Shown here: positions 21,204 to 30,461 of the stretch, one piece after another
Layout: each line of letters begins with the position of its first letter
Position numbering within the stretch: the stretch's first letter is position 1
From: an uncultured Chloroflexia bacterium
GTDB taxonomy: Bacteria > Chloroflexota > Limnocylindria > Limnocylindrales > CSP1-4
Assembly: GCA_963843335.1 (NCBI GenBank)
Contig: CAWJKF010000019.1
Coordinates: 15,701 to 79,700 of the forward strand
Direction: 5' to 3'
DNA length: 64,000 nucleotides
The notes under the pieces: generated by a model
What the model was told of the DNA's origin: nothing
Seen by the model: only the letters and a program-made list of their open reading frames with translations
Databases searched by the model: none
Program-made: the position numbers and the translations under genes

Positions 21204-21232
21204 ACGATACCGGTGTGTCGTGCCCTTGTCAA
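21204..21232 (-). promoter_or_regulatory. Sigma-70-type promoter TTGACA-17 nt-TATCGT for the aromatic operon
   Basis: -35 at 21232-21227 and -10 at 21209-21204 on the minus strand, read directly. Confidence 0.6.
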
Positions 21233-21312
21233 CGGCAGCGATGAGCCCTGCGGACGACCAAGGCCGGTGCGAGGGGGATCCGAGCACATGGGACGCATGA
21301 CCTTGCTCGCCG

Positions 21313-22032
21313 TCACTCGACGGGGGACATCGCCTGTCGGATCTGATCGTTGGCACGGTCGCTGGCACGACCCATCACCGTTCGCGCAACGACGGCATCT
21401 CCCGCGGCGATGGCGTCCACGAGCTCACGGTATTCGGTCACCGCCGTGTCGATGAACCCCGTCGCCCAGGGCACTCGCGCGACCCAGGCCTGGAGCAGCG
21501 TCCTGATGGTTGCCACGGCGCCCGACAGGACGTCGTTGCCGGCGACTTCAGCGATCGCTCGCAGCAATGCCGCCTGTGCCGACCCGAACCGGACCGGGTC
21601 GTGCCGGGCCGCCTTCATGGCCGCGACGCTCGCGCGCAGGTCGGCGATGTCACGGTCATCGTGTCGTTGTGCGGCAAGCCCGACGAGGATCACGTCCAGG
21701 TGGCGTCGTGCTTCGAGCAGGTCGATGACATCGTGGACTCCCAGCGCCAGGCCCCACTCGATCGACTGCGGCAGGATCTCGGCGTCGATCCGCTTCACAT
21801 ATGTCCCGTCGCCGAGCCGCACCTCGAGCAGGCCGAGCAGGGTGAGCGACTTGAGGGCCTCCCGGATGACGGACCTGCCGACCCCGAGCGTCTCGGCCAG
21901 CTTGCGCTCCGGCGGAAGCCGGTCACCGGGCTGGACGCGTCCGGACAGCAGGTAGTCGAGCAGCTGGCGACTGATCGACACGGACGTGCCTTCGCGCTGG
22001 GAGAGATCGATCGGCCCGAGCTCACCGATCAT
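21313..22032 (-). CDS. GntR-family (FadR subfamily) transcriptional regulator
   Basis: N-terminal wHTH: PGDRLPPERKLAETLGVGRSVIREALKSLTLLGLLEVRLGDGTYV, plus an all-helical FCD-like C-terminal domain. Confidence 0.85.
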   Translation of the reverse strand: MIGELGPIDLSQREGTSVSISRQLLDYLLSGRVQPGDRLPPERKLAETLGVGRSVIREALKSLTLLGLLEVRLGDGTYVKRIDAEILPQSIEWGLALGVHDVIDLLEARRHLDVILVGLAAQRHDDRDIADLRASVAAMKAARHDPVRFGSAQAALLRAIAEVAGNDVLSGAVATIRTLLQAWVARVPWATGFIDTAVTEYRELVDAIAAGDAVVARTVMGRASDRANDQIRQAMSPVE

Positions 22033-22805
22033 GGGCGCACCTGCTCGCCCGGGACGTCATCACGGTCGGTTGGCGGCACCTGTCCTTGCTCTTCGAGCGT
22101 CCCCCACAGGCGCTTCCGGGCGCCCTCCATGTGCTCGAGCATGGCGGCTCGCGCCGCCTGCGCGTCACCCTGCTCGATGGCCTCGTAGACCGCTGCGTGC
22201 TCGGCCCACGTCGCTGGGCGTGACCCGGGCGCATATGCCACCCGGGTGATCCACACCTCCAGCAGACTTCGGATGCTGCGCATGATCTGCCCCAGCGATT
22301 GGTTGCCGGTCGCGCCGGCGATGCCGAGGTGGAATGCCACATCGGCCCGGACGAACTCGTCGTTGTCCATCGTCACCTGCATGGTCGCGAGATCGCGGTG
22401 CATCTCGTGCAGCGCTGCCGCATCGCGACGCTCCGCGGCGAGGCCCGCGAGGACGACCTCGAGCTCGGAACGCGCCTCGACCAGGTCCTGGGACTGCTTG
22501 GCGCCGAGGCGAAGACCCCACTCGATGGCCAGCGGCAGCAGCGGCGAATCGGTCCGCTTGAGGTAGGTCCCATCCCCCTGCCGGACGTCGATCAACCCGA
22601 GCACCGCCAGGGACTTGATCGCCTGGCGGACGTGCGACCGGGCGACGCCCAGCATCTCGGCGAGCTGGCGCTCGGACGGGAGGCGCTGCCCTGGCTTGAC
22701 CCGGCCGGAGATCAGGTAGTCCAACAGCCGGCGCGTGACCTCGGAAGAGATGGGCTCGCGTGCCTGTTGGGCGACAGGTTGGAGGCCGGGCAGCATGGTC
22801 GTCAT
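22029..22805 (-). CDS. GntR-family (FadR subfamily) transcriptional regulator, tandem paralogue
   Basis: PGQRLPSERQLAEMLGVARSHVRQAIKSLAVLGLIDVRQGDGTYL plus an FCD-like domain. 4-nt overlap with the downstream GntR gene. Confidence 0.85.
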   Translation of the reverse strand: MTTMLPGLQPVAQQAREPISSEVTRRLLDYLISGRVKPGQRLPSERQLAEMLGVARSHVRQAIKSLAVLGLIDVRQGDGTYLKRTDSPLLPLAIEWGLRLGAKQSQDLVEARSELEVVLAGLAAERRDAAALHEMHRDLATMQVTMDNDEFVRADVAFHLGIAGATGNQSLGQIMRSIRSLLEVWITRVAYAPGSRPATWAEHAAVYEAIEQGDAQAARAAMLEHMEGARKRLWGTLEEQGQVPPTDRDDVPGEQVRP

Positions 22806-22850
22806 TCTAGGCAGCGGCCCGGGTCGTCTGGTGGGCGTCCCAAAGCGAGC

Positions 22851-23711
22851 TCATGCATCGTCCCTGACCGAGGTGGATCGCGGGTCGGCATCGGTGAGGG
22901 GCCTGGAGCGTCGATCCGCCGGGTCCAGCCACGCGAAGGTGTCCGCGGCATCCGCCGAGGGACGATACTCGAGGCCGACGAACCCGCCGTATCCGACGTG
23001 CTCGAGTTCCTCGAGCACACGAGTGACGGCGACCTCACCGGTCCCGGGTCGCCCTCGATCGGGCACGTCGGCGACCTGCACATGGCCGATGTCCGCGCCC
23101 TGGGCGCGGATCCGAGCGACGAGATCCCCTTGGGCTCGCTGCACGTGGTAGATGTCGAACAGGATCCGAACGGGCGTCCCTGCGGCGTCAGCGGCACGCC
23201 GTGTGAGCGTGACCGCATCTTCCACGCGCGTGAGCCCGTAGTGAGGGAAGTCCGTTGGATTGAGCGGCTCCAGCACGAGCAGCGCGCCAGCCGCCGCGAC
23301 ACGCGGCGCCGCGATCGCGAGACTGGCGACCGCCGACTCCTCCAGCACGTCCCGTGCGACACCCGGAGGCGGCACGCCAAAGTGGCTGTTGACGATGGTG
23401 CCGCCCAGCCGCCGGACCACCTCGGCGGTCGCGTCGACGTTATCGATGAAGCGGGAGCGCTCCTCGGGGCGGCAGAGGAGCCCGTGGTGACCCGCGGCCG
23501 GGTCGCCCAGGTCGAGATTGAGCAGGACCAGCTGGACACCGGCAGCATCGAATGCCTCGACCAGGTCGTCCACGTCGCGAAGTGCCGGGACCGGCCCATC
23601 GAATGGCCACCACATCTCGACCGCGTCGAACCCGGCGGCGGCCGCGGCGGCCGGGCGGCCCAGCAGCGGGACGTCCGGGAAGAGGATCGAGATGTTGGCG
23701 TCGAAGCGCAT
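22851..23711 (-). CDS. Hydroxypyruvate isomerase-family TIM-barrel protein (Hyi / 2-oxo-tetronate isomerase OtnI-like)
   Basis: MRFDANISILFPDVPLLGRPAAAAAAGFDAVEMWWPF...LEPLN...HVQVADVPDRG.PGTGE...GYGGFVGLEY. Confidence 0.75.
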   Translation of the reverse strand: MRFDANISILFPDVPLLGRPAAAAAAGFDAVEMWWPFDGPVPALRDVDDLVEAFDAAGVQLVLLNLDLGDPAAGHHGLLCRPEERSRFIDNVDATAEVVRRLGGTIVNSHFGVPPPGVARDVLEESAVASLAIAAPRVAAAGALLVLEPLNPTDFPHYGLTRVEDAVTLTRRAADAAGTPVRILFDIYHVQRAQGDLVARIRAQGADIGHVQVADVPDRGRPGTGEVAVTRVLEELEHVGYGGFVGLEYRPSADAADTFAWLDPADRRSRPLTDADPRSTSVRDDA

Positions 23712-23833
23712 GTCGCGGACCCCCGGTTCAGTGCCCGACAGCGGGCTCGGTCACGGCCCAGGTCTCACGACCCCGGCTCGCGGTCATCCGTTGGATCCCG
23801 TTGGCTCGCATCACCACGTCCGCATCGTCACCG

Positions 23834-24796
23834 TCATGTGCTCGGGTGAGCCACCCGTGCCTTGAGGTCCAATGCGTCGTGCGCCGCCTTGACGACACCC
23901 GCGGTGGACAGCCCGAGGTGCTCGAGGAGCTCCAGGTATGGCCCGGTCGTGCCGAACCTGTCGTCGATGCCGACCCGGATGATGGGCACCGGATAGGTGC
24001 CACCCAGTGCCTCGGCGACCGCACCCCCGAGCCCACCGACGATGCTGTGCTCCTCCGCGGTGACAAGCGCCCCGGTCTCCTGGGCCGCCGCCAGGATCGT
24101 CGTGGTATCGAGCGGCTTGATGGTGTGGACCTCCACCACCCGGGCATGGATCCCCTCGGCCGACAGCAGCTCCGCGGCTTCGAGGCATCGGCTGAGCATG
24201 ATGCCGGTGCCGACCAGGGTGACATCGGCGCCAGGTCGGTGGACCATCGCCGTGCCGATCCGGGGGGCGTAGGTGTCGTCGAACAGGACGGGCACCTCAT
24301 TGCGGTTCAGGCGCACGTAGACCGGGCCGGGCCAGGCCGCGATCTGCGGCAGCAGCCTGGTGACGGCCATGGCATCGGCAGGTACGACGATCGTCATGCC
24401 GGGCAATGCGCGCATGATCGCGATGTCGGCGATCGCGTGATGCGTGGGCCCGTCGAACGAGTCCGACACACCAGCATAGGCGCCCATGAGCTTGACCGGC
24501 GCACCGCCATAGCAACAGTGGGTCCGGACCATCTCGAGGGCCCGGGTGGCCAGCAGGAACGCGAACGTATTGGCGATCGCCACGCGCCCGGTGTAGGCCA
24601 CCCCGGCGGCGACGTCCACCAGCGACTGCTCGGCGATGCCGACATTGAGGAATTGGTCCGGGAACGCCTCCGCGAACTGATAGCTGAAGTCCGAGTTGGA
24701 GACGTCCGCCGAGAGGACGACCACGTCGTCGCGGGCACGTCCAAGCTCGACGAGGGCCTGGCCGTATGCCGGGCGCATGGGCGCCATCGGGGTCAT
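23834..24796 (-). CDS. Transketolase, C-terminal (pyrimidine-binding) subunit
   Basis: FPDQFLNVGIAEQSLV..AAG.A..G...FA.F....A.E.VR...GAYAGVSDSFDGPTHHAIADIAIMRALPGM. ATGA overlap with the N-terminal subunit gene. Confidence 0.85.
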   Translation of the reverse strand: MTPMAPMRPAYGQALVELGRARDDVVVLSADVSNSDFSYQFAEAFPDQFLNVGIAEQSLVDVAAGVAYTGRVAIANTFAFLLATRALEMVRTHCCYGGAPVKLMGAYAGVSDSFDGPTHHAIADIAIMRALPGMTIVVPADAMAVTRLLPQIAAWPGPVYVRLNRNEVPVLFDDTYAPRIGTAMVHRPGADVTLVGTGIMLSRCLEAAELLSAEGIHARVVEVHTIKPLDTTTILAAAQETGALVTAEEHSIVGGLGGAVAEALGGTYPVPIIRVGIDDRFGTTGPYLELLEHLGLSTAGVVKAAHDALDLKARVAHPST

Positions 24797-25728
24797 GCCG
24801 TGACCTCTTCGCCCAACTCGACCAGCGAGCTTCGGAGTTCGCTGCGCGCCTGCTGATACTGCTCCGCGTTCGGTATGCCACCGTGCCAGCGATGGTCGTA
24901 CTCCATGAAGCTGACCCCGCGCCCCTTGGTGGTGCGGGCGAGGATGACCGACGGCCGGGCGTGGACCTCGTCGGCGCGGTCGAGCGCGTCCAGCACCTCG
25001 CGCACGTTGTGCCCGTGCACCTCCTGCACGTGCCAGCCGAACGAGCGCCATCGATCCGCGAGTGGCTCGGTCGGCATGACGTCCGCCGTGGCGCCCGTCT
25101 GCTGGATGCCGTTCACGTCCACGATCGCGGTGAGGTTCCCGAGGCGGTACTTCGCCGCGAACATGACGCCCTCCCAGACGATGCCGGCGTCGAGCTCGCC
25201 ATCCCCCAGGAGGACATACACGCGCGCACGGGTCGCACGAGCCGACGGCGCGCTCGCCGCGGATGGCTTCGGGATGCCCCGGGAGAGTGACCACGCCATG
25301 CCGGCGCCGACAGCGATCCCGTGCCCCAGCGGCCCGGCCACCATCTCGACACCGGGCAGCTTGAGGTCCGGGTGCCCCTCCAGACGTGTCGGGAAATGAC
25401 GGAACGTCGTCAGCTCCGCTACCGGGAAGAACCCGGCGCGGGCGAGGACCGCATAGAGGATCGGGGCGGCATGGCCCTTGGACAGCAGGAACCGATCCCG
25501 CTCTGGCCAGCCCGGGTCCGCCGGATCGACCCGCAGGTGGTGGAAGTAGAGCGCCGCGATGATCTCCGCCGACGAGAACGGGCCACCCAGATGCCCGGTC
25601 TGGGCGCGGTAGACCATGTCCAGGACATCCATCCTGAGGTGCTGGGCCCGCCTCGCGAGGTCGAGCGCGAGCTCGTCCGTGTGTTGGTGCATCCGTGTGC
25701 CTCGCACCGCAGGGTTGGCCGCTGTCAT
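24793..25728 (-). CDS. Transketolase, N-terminal (TPP-binding) subunit
   Basis: TGHLGGPFSSAEIIAALYFHHL...DRFLLSKGHAAPILYA...GPLGHGIAVGAG...LLGDGELDAGIVWE. The start may instead be the ATG at 25692. Confidence 0.8.
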   Translation of the reverse strand: MTAANPAVRGTRMHQHTDELALDLARRAQHLRMDVLDMVYRAQTGHLGGPFSSAEIIAALYFHHLRVDPADPGWPERDRFLLSKGHAAPILYAVLARAGFFPVAELTTFRHFPTRLEGHPDLKLPGVEMVAGPLGHGIAVGAGMAWSLSRGIPKPSAASAPSARATRARVYVLLGDGELDAGIVWEGVMFAAKYRLGNLTAIVDVNGIQQTGATADVMPTEPLADRWRSFGWHVQEVHGHNVREVLDALDRADEVHARPSVILARTTKGRGVSFMEYDHRWHGGIPNAEQYQQARSELRSSLVELGEEVTA

Positions 25729-25741
25729 GGCGCCCGTGTAT

Positions 25742-25753
25742 TGGTCAACCGGT
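25742..25753. promoter_or_regulatory. TGGTCAACCGGT box (copy 1 of 3), followed by the GGTGCACC palindrome, upstream of the transketolase operon
   Basis: The exact 12-mer is shared with 27421-27432 and 52046-52057. On the minus strand it contains TTGACC. Confidence 0.45.
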
Positions 25754-25802
25754 GCACCAGTGTACCACACGGCGACAGCGGCACCCGGACCAGGCGGGCG
25801 TG

Positions 25803-26649
25803 TCAGGCGCGGGCGAGTGGCAGGACCTCACGGGGGATGAGCGTGCGCAGGTACGAGATCGCCTGCCGTGCGGCCTCGTCCGCCGATGGGTATGGCAGGA
25901 TCCTCGACGGAGACCCAGTCGTCGTATCCGATGGTCCGCAATGCGCCCAGGATGGCCGGGAAGTCGGTATGCGCCTGGCCCGGCGCCCAGCGATTGCTGT
26001 CCGCGAGGTGGCAATACCCGACCATCGGCCCGGCCGCGACCAGGCTGTCCGCGATCGATACATCCTCGATGTTCATGTGGAAGACATCCGGGTGGAGCTT
26101 GACGTTCGCGTGCCCGATGCGGCGAACGAGGGCGATGCCATCGGGGTCGACGCTGTTGATGTAGTTGAGCTCGTATCGGTTGACAGGCTCAAGGACCAGG
26201 TCGATGCCGACCGACCCTGCGTGGTCGGCGATCCGGCGGATCCCGGCCGCGAAGCGGGCCTCCGCCCTTGCCGTCGTGTCGCCGTCGGGGACTCCGCCGC
26301 GAACTCGTCCGATGTTGATGCGCGTGGCGCCGAGCTCGGCGGCCAGGTCGGCGAGCCCGATGAGGATGGCGACGGCGCGATCGCGTGTCGCCTGGTCGGC
26401 ACTGGTCAGCCAGACGCGCTGCTCGGCGAACACCCGGCCACTGGTGATGGCCGCAATGCCCATCCCGTGGTCGGACAGCAGCCGCTTGACCTCGTCCGGC
26501 TGGACATCGTCCGCCCGGCCAAGGGCGAGCTCCACCCCGTCGTAGCCGAGGCGGGCCGCCTTGGGGATCGTGACGTCGAGCCGGTCACGAAAGACCACGA
26601 ACGCCGAGGGCTGGGCGTCGTGGGGTGCGATCGCCAGGGCGATCTTCAC
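25803..26649 (-). pseudogene. Sugar phosphate isomerase/epimerase (xylose-isomerase-like TIM barrel), one frameshift at 25902
   Basis: AARLGYDGVELA...LEPVNRYE.NYINS...HLADSNRWAPGQGH-like...GYDDWVSVE | ILPYPSADEAARQAISYL. The frames abut at GAG-G-ATC. Confidence 0.75.
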
Positions 26650-27350
26650 GATGACACCTCGTGCTTGGCCGTCACGACCTCGACGGCATCAGGGAGGATG
26701 GTCCGCCGGACGTCGGCGAGCGCGAGCTGTGGACTGGCGAGGACCGGGACGGGCGGTGGGGAGGCGGCGAGGAGCGGCAGCACGCGCGCCATCGTGGCCT
26801 GGGCGAGGACCACGACATCGACGCCGCTCGCTGCGGCTCGCACGGCCTCGACCACGAGCCGGTCGTGCGTCTCGACATCTCCCGAGACGAGTGCCGCCAG
26901 GGCCCCGTCGACCAGCCAGGGGACGATCTCGACATGCGCGCCGGAGCCGGCCGCCGCCGTTTCCAGGAGCACCCGCGATGGCCCGAGCGTGGTGGTCGCG
27001 GTGGCGACGAGCGCGATGCGATGGCCACTGCGCACGGCCGTGGCCGCCATCGCGTCGTCGATCGCGAAGATGGGGATGGTCGCCGTCGGACGCACCTGAC
27101 CGACCGAGAGGGACACCGTCGAGCAGGTCACCAGGACTGCCGCCGCGCCGATCGCCTCTGCCAGTCGAACGTGCTGCAGCAATCGCTCATCGTCTTCGGG
27201 GTCGCCGTGACCTCGCCGCCTGATCCGCTCGAGCATCGGCTCATCCAGGACGTGGAGCAGACGGCACTCGGGTATCTGCTCGGCGCTCCACGCAGTGAAC
27301 GAGGGCACCAGGACAGGCATCGTATGCACCAGCACCAGGGTCGGGGCCAT
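26646..27350 (-). CDS. Asp/Glu/hydantoin racemase-family protein
   Basis: VLVHTMP...AAAVLVTCSTVS...IALVATATT...DVVVLAQATMA layout. This is a family-level call only. Confidence 0.5.
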   Translation of the reverse strand: MAPTLVLVHTMPVLVPSFTAWSAEQIPECRLLHVLDEPMLERIRRRGHGDPEDDERLLQHVRLAEAIGAAAVLVTCSTVSLSVGQVRPTATIPIFAIDDAMAATAVRSGHRIALVATATTTLGPSRVLLETAAAGSGAHVEIVPWLVDGALAALVSGDVETHDRLVVEAVRAAASGVDVVVLAQATMARVLPLLAASPPPVPVLASPQLALADVRRTILPDAVEVVTAKHEVSS

Positions 27351-27420
27351 CGTGCCTTCCTGTCGCGGGCCCATCGTGCCCTCCTGCGTTTCGGCCGCGC
27401 CAGTCGCTTTGATGGTCCAC

Positions 27421-27449
27421 TGGTCAACCGGTCATCCATTCTGTATGAT
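27421..27449. promoter_or_regulatory. TGGTCAACCGGT box (copy 2) with a plus-strand TATGAT -10 element (27444-27449) in the divergent intergenic region
   Basis: Read directly. The box occupies the -35 position relative to TATGAT (17-nt spacer). Confidence 0.45.
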
Positions 27450-27513
27450 ACGCCAAGCGGACAGTCGAAGGAACCGTCGGCCAGATCCGCCTCGGGACAA
27501 GGAGTCGCGCAGG

Positions 27514-28296
27514 ATGTCGGAGATGGAGCGCATCGGCCAGGTCCTTCGCGAGGCGGAGGCATCCCGCACCGCGGTCGGACCGGTCTCGGACCTCATCGAG
27601 GGCGGGCTGACGCTCGACCAGGCGCACGCCATCTGCGAGGCGAACATCGCGCGCCGGGAAGCCGCCGGCGAGCGCATCGTGGGCTACAAGGTCGGCTTCA
27701 CGAACATCGCGGTGCGCGAGAAGATGGGCCTCCCTGACTCGACCTACGGATACCTCATGGGGAGCATGGTCCTGGAGTCTGGCGGCGTGCTGGACACGAC
27801 CGCGCTGGTCGCCCCCAGGATCGAGTCCGAGATCTGCGTCCGCCTCGCACGGGACCTTGCTGGACCGGGTGTGACGGCTGCCGATGTCCTCGCGGCGAGT
27901 GACGCGGTCCGCGCATCCTTCGAGATCTGCGACGCCAGGATCCGCGACTGGAAGTGCCCGTACCCCGATTTCTTCGCCGACAACGGATTCTCGGCGCGGA
28001 TCGTGCTCGGTGGCACCGGCTGGGTGCCGACGGGGCAGGTCGACCTGCTGAACGAGTCCGTCGTGATCTCCAGGGACGGGGCACCGTTCGCCGAGGGGAG
28101 GGGTGAGATGGCCCTGGGCAGTCCGGCGAATGCCGTCGCCTGGGTGGCCAACAAGCTGTCCGAGCGTGGTCGCATGCTCGCAGCGGGCATGCTGGTCATG
28201 ACCGGGACGCTCACCCCCATCACCCCGATCCAGGCTGGCTCGACGTATCTCGGGGCGTTCTCCACGCTTGGCACCGTCGAGATGACCTTCACCTGA
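27514..28296 (+). CDS. 2-keto-4-pentenoate hydratase / 2-oxohepta-3-ene-1,7-dioate hydratase-family protein
   Basis: LTLDQAHAI...GERIVGYKVGFTN...PRIESEICVRL...MLVMTGTLTP. AAGGAG RBS 10 nt upstream. Confidence 0.7.
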   Translation: MSEMERIGQVLREAEASRTAVGPVSDLIEGGLTLDQAHAICEANIARREAAGERIVGYKVGFTNIAVREKMGLPDSTYGYLMGSMVLESGGVLDTTALVAPRIESEICVRLARDLAGPGVTAADVLAASDAVRASFEICDARIRDWKCPYPDFFADNGFSARIVLGGTGWVPTGQVDLLNESVVISRDGAPFAEGRGEMALGSPANAVAWVANKLSERGRMLAAGMLVMTGTLTPITPIQAGSTYLGAFSTLGTVEMTFT

Positions 28297-28348
28297 CCCC
28301 GATCCGTGATGGACGGGCGGAGCCCGTCGCCTGACAGGGAGGCCCGTC

Positions 28349-29312
28349 GTGACCCCAGACCGCACCACGCTCCTGGAGATGTACCGCCGGATGGTCCGCA
28401 TCCGACAGTTCGAGCTGGCCGCGACCGACATCTTCAAGCGAGGACAGCTCAAGGGCACCGTCCACACGTACATCGGCATGGAGGCCTCCGGGGTCGGTGT
28501 CTGCATGGCGCTCCGAGGACGACGACCTCATCGCGGGAACGCATCGAAGCCACGGCCACAACATCGCCAAGGGTGCCGACCTGCGGCGCATGATGGCGGA
28601 GCTCCTGGGCAAGGAGACCGGCTACTGCAAAGGGCGCGGTGGATCGATGCATATCGCCGCGTTCGAGACCGGCAGCCTGGGCGCGCTGGCCGTCGTCGGC
28701 AGCGGCATCCCGCTCGCGGTCGGGGCGGGTCTGGCATTCCAGATGCGCGGCGAGGACGCGCGTCGCGGTGCCGTTCACAGGTGACGCGGGGTCCAATACC
28801 GGCAATTGGCACGAATCGCATGAACATGGCCGCCGCGTGGGGCCTGCCGGTCGTGTTCGTGCTCGAGAACAACCACTTCGGGGTCTCGACCCGCATCGAG
28901 GACGTCGTCAAGGAGCCCGACCTGTCACGCCGCGCGGCCGGCTACGGCATGCCCAGCATCCGTGTCGATGGCTTCGATGTCCTCGCGGTCCACGAGGCCG
29001 CCACCGAGGCCATCGAGCGCGCGCGCTCAGGTGGGGGTCCGACCCTGCTGGTCACCGAGAGCTATCGGGTCGATGGCCACTATGCGGGTGAGCCAGAGGT
29101 CTACCGCGACAAGGCCGAGGTGGCCGAGTACCGGGCCAAGGACCCGATCGTGCGCTTCCGCGCCCACCTCATCGACGAGGGCCTCGTCGCGGCCGCCGAG
29201 CTGGATGGCGTGGACGCGGAGGTCGCGGCACTCGATCGAGGGGTCCATCGCCTTCGCCAAGGCGAGCCCCGAGCCCGACGCGGCCACGGCCCTCGACTAC
29301 ATCTACGGCTGA
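28349..29312 (+). pseudogene. TPP-dependent 2-oxoacid/acetoin dehydrogenase E1 alpha subunit, four frameshifts (near 28513, 28763, 28818 and 29234)
   Basis: [15 protein letters not shown]...[15 protein letters not shown]...GRGGSMHI...[10 protein letters not shown]...AAAWGLPVVFVLENNHFGVST...GYGMPSIRVDG. GGAGG RBS before the GTG at 28349. Confidence 0.8.
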
Positions 29313-29430
29313 GAGAAGGAGCCGAAGATGACCACGCCCACGCGCGATACCGTCTCACTCGCCGGGAACGTGCCGGCGATGTCGCCAGACACGATCCGCC
29401 AGGTCCCCGACGGGGTGCCCGGCGAAGCTC

Positions 29431-30422
29431 ATGAGCTACCAGGAAGCGATCCGCGAGGCACTCCGCGAGGAGATGCGCCGCGACCCGTCGGTCTTCCTCA
29501 TGGGCGAGGACATCGCCAAGCACGGCGGCGCCTTCGGCGTGACCAGGACCCTGTTCGACGAGTTCGGGGCGGACCGGGTCCGCAACACGCCCATCTCGGA
29601 GAACACCATCGTGGGTGCCGCGACGGGCGCGGCCCTCGTCGGGATGCGCCCGGTCGCGGAGATCATGTTCGTCGACTTCAGCGGCCTGGCCATGGACCAG
29701 ATCGCGACCCAGGCGGCCAAGCTTCGCTTCATGACCGGCGGCCAGTGCCTCGGTCCCGTGGGTGCTGCGGATGCCCCAGGGCGGCGGTGCCGGCAAGAGC
29801 ACGGCAGCCCAGCACAGCCAGAGCCTTGAGGTCTGGTTCGCCCACATCCCGGGCCTCAAGGTCGTGTTGCCGTCGACGCCTTACGACGCCAAGGGCCTCA
29901 TGAAGGCCGCCATCCGTGACAACGACCCGGTGGTCTTCCTGGAGCACAAGCTGCTGTATGCGTTCAAGGGCCTCGTGCCGGACGAGGACTACGTGCTGCC
30001 GCTGGGCAAGTGCGATGTCAAGCGTGAAGGCACCGACGTGACGGTCGTGGCCTCCGGCTACATGGTCTGGCACGCGATGGTCGCCGCCCAGGCGCTCGAG
30101 CACGAGGGGATCAGCGTCGAGGTCGTCGACGTACGGACCGTGTCACCCCTGGACGCACGGGACGATCGGCGCGTCCGCCCGCAAGACCGGGCGCGTGGTC
30201 GCGGTCGCGGAGGCGTGTGAGCAATACGGTCCCGCGAACGAGTGGGCCATGGTCGCCGTCGAGCAGGCGTGGGACCGGCTGCAGGCCCCCGTCGTCCGCG
30301 TGGCTGGCCGTAACTCCCCCATCCCCTTCGCCAACAGCCTCGAGAACGGCGTCTGGCCGGGGACGCAGGATGTCATCGACGCGATCCGCACCGTGATGGC
30401 CGGGCGCGCGTCAGGCTCATGA
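29431..30422 (+). pseudogene. E1 beta subunit, two frameshifts (near 29750 and 30164)
   Basis: MSYQEAIREALREEMRRDPSVFLMGEDI...NTPISENTIVG...[29 protein letters not shown]...[11 protein letters not shown] | [15 protein letters not shown] strong RBS plus ATG at 29328 could be the true start if a third frameshift sits near 29430. Confidence 0.8.
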
Positions 30423-30461
30423 GAACCAGGCCGTCCGGAGCCGGCAGAAGGAGGGCGCTAC

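Noticed and set aside
29328-29903. ORF with a strong GAGAAGGAG RBS starting at 29328, as an independent gene.
   Set aside because: It lies in an alternative frame across the E1 beta gene and has no motifs beyond the first ~34 codons. More likely it marks the true E1 beta start with an additional frameshift near 29430, or it is fortuitous.
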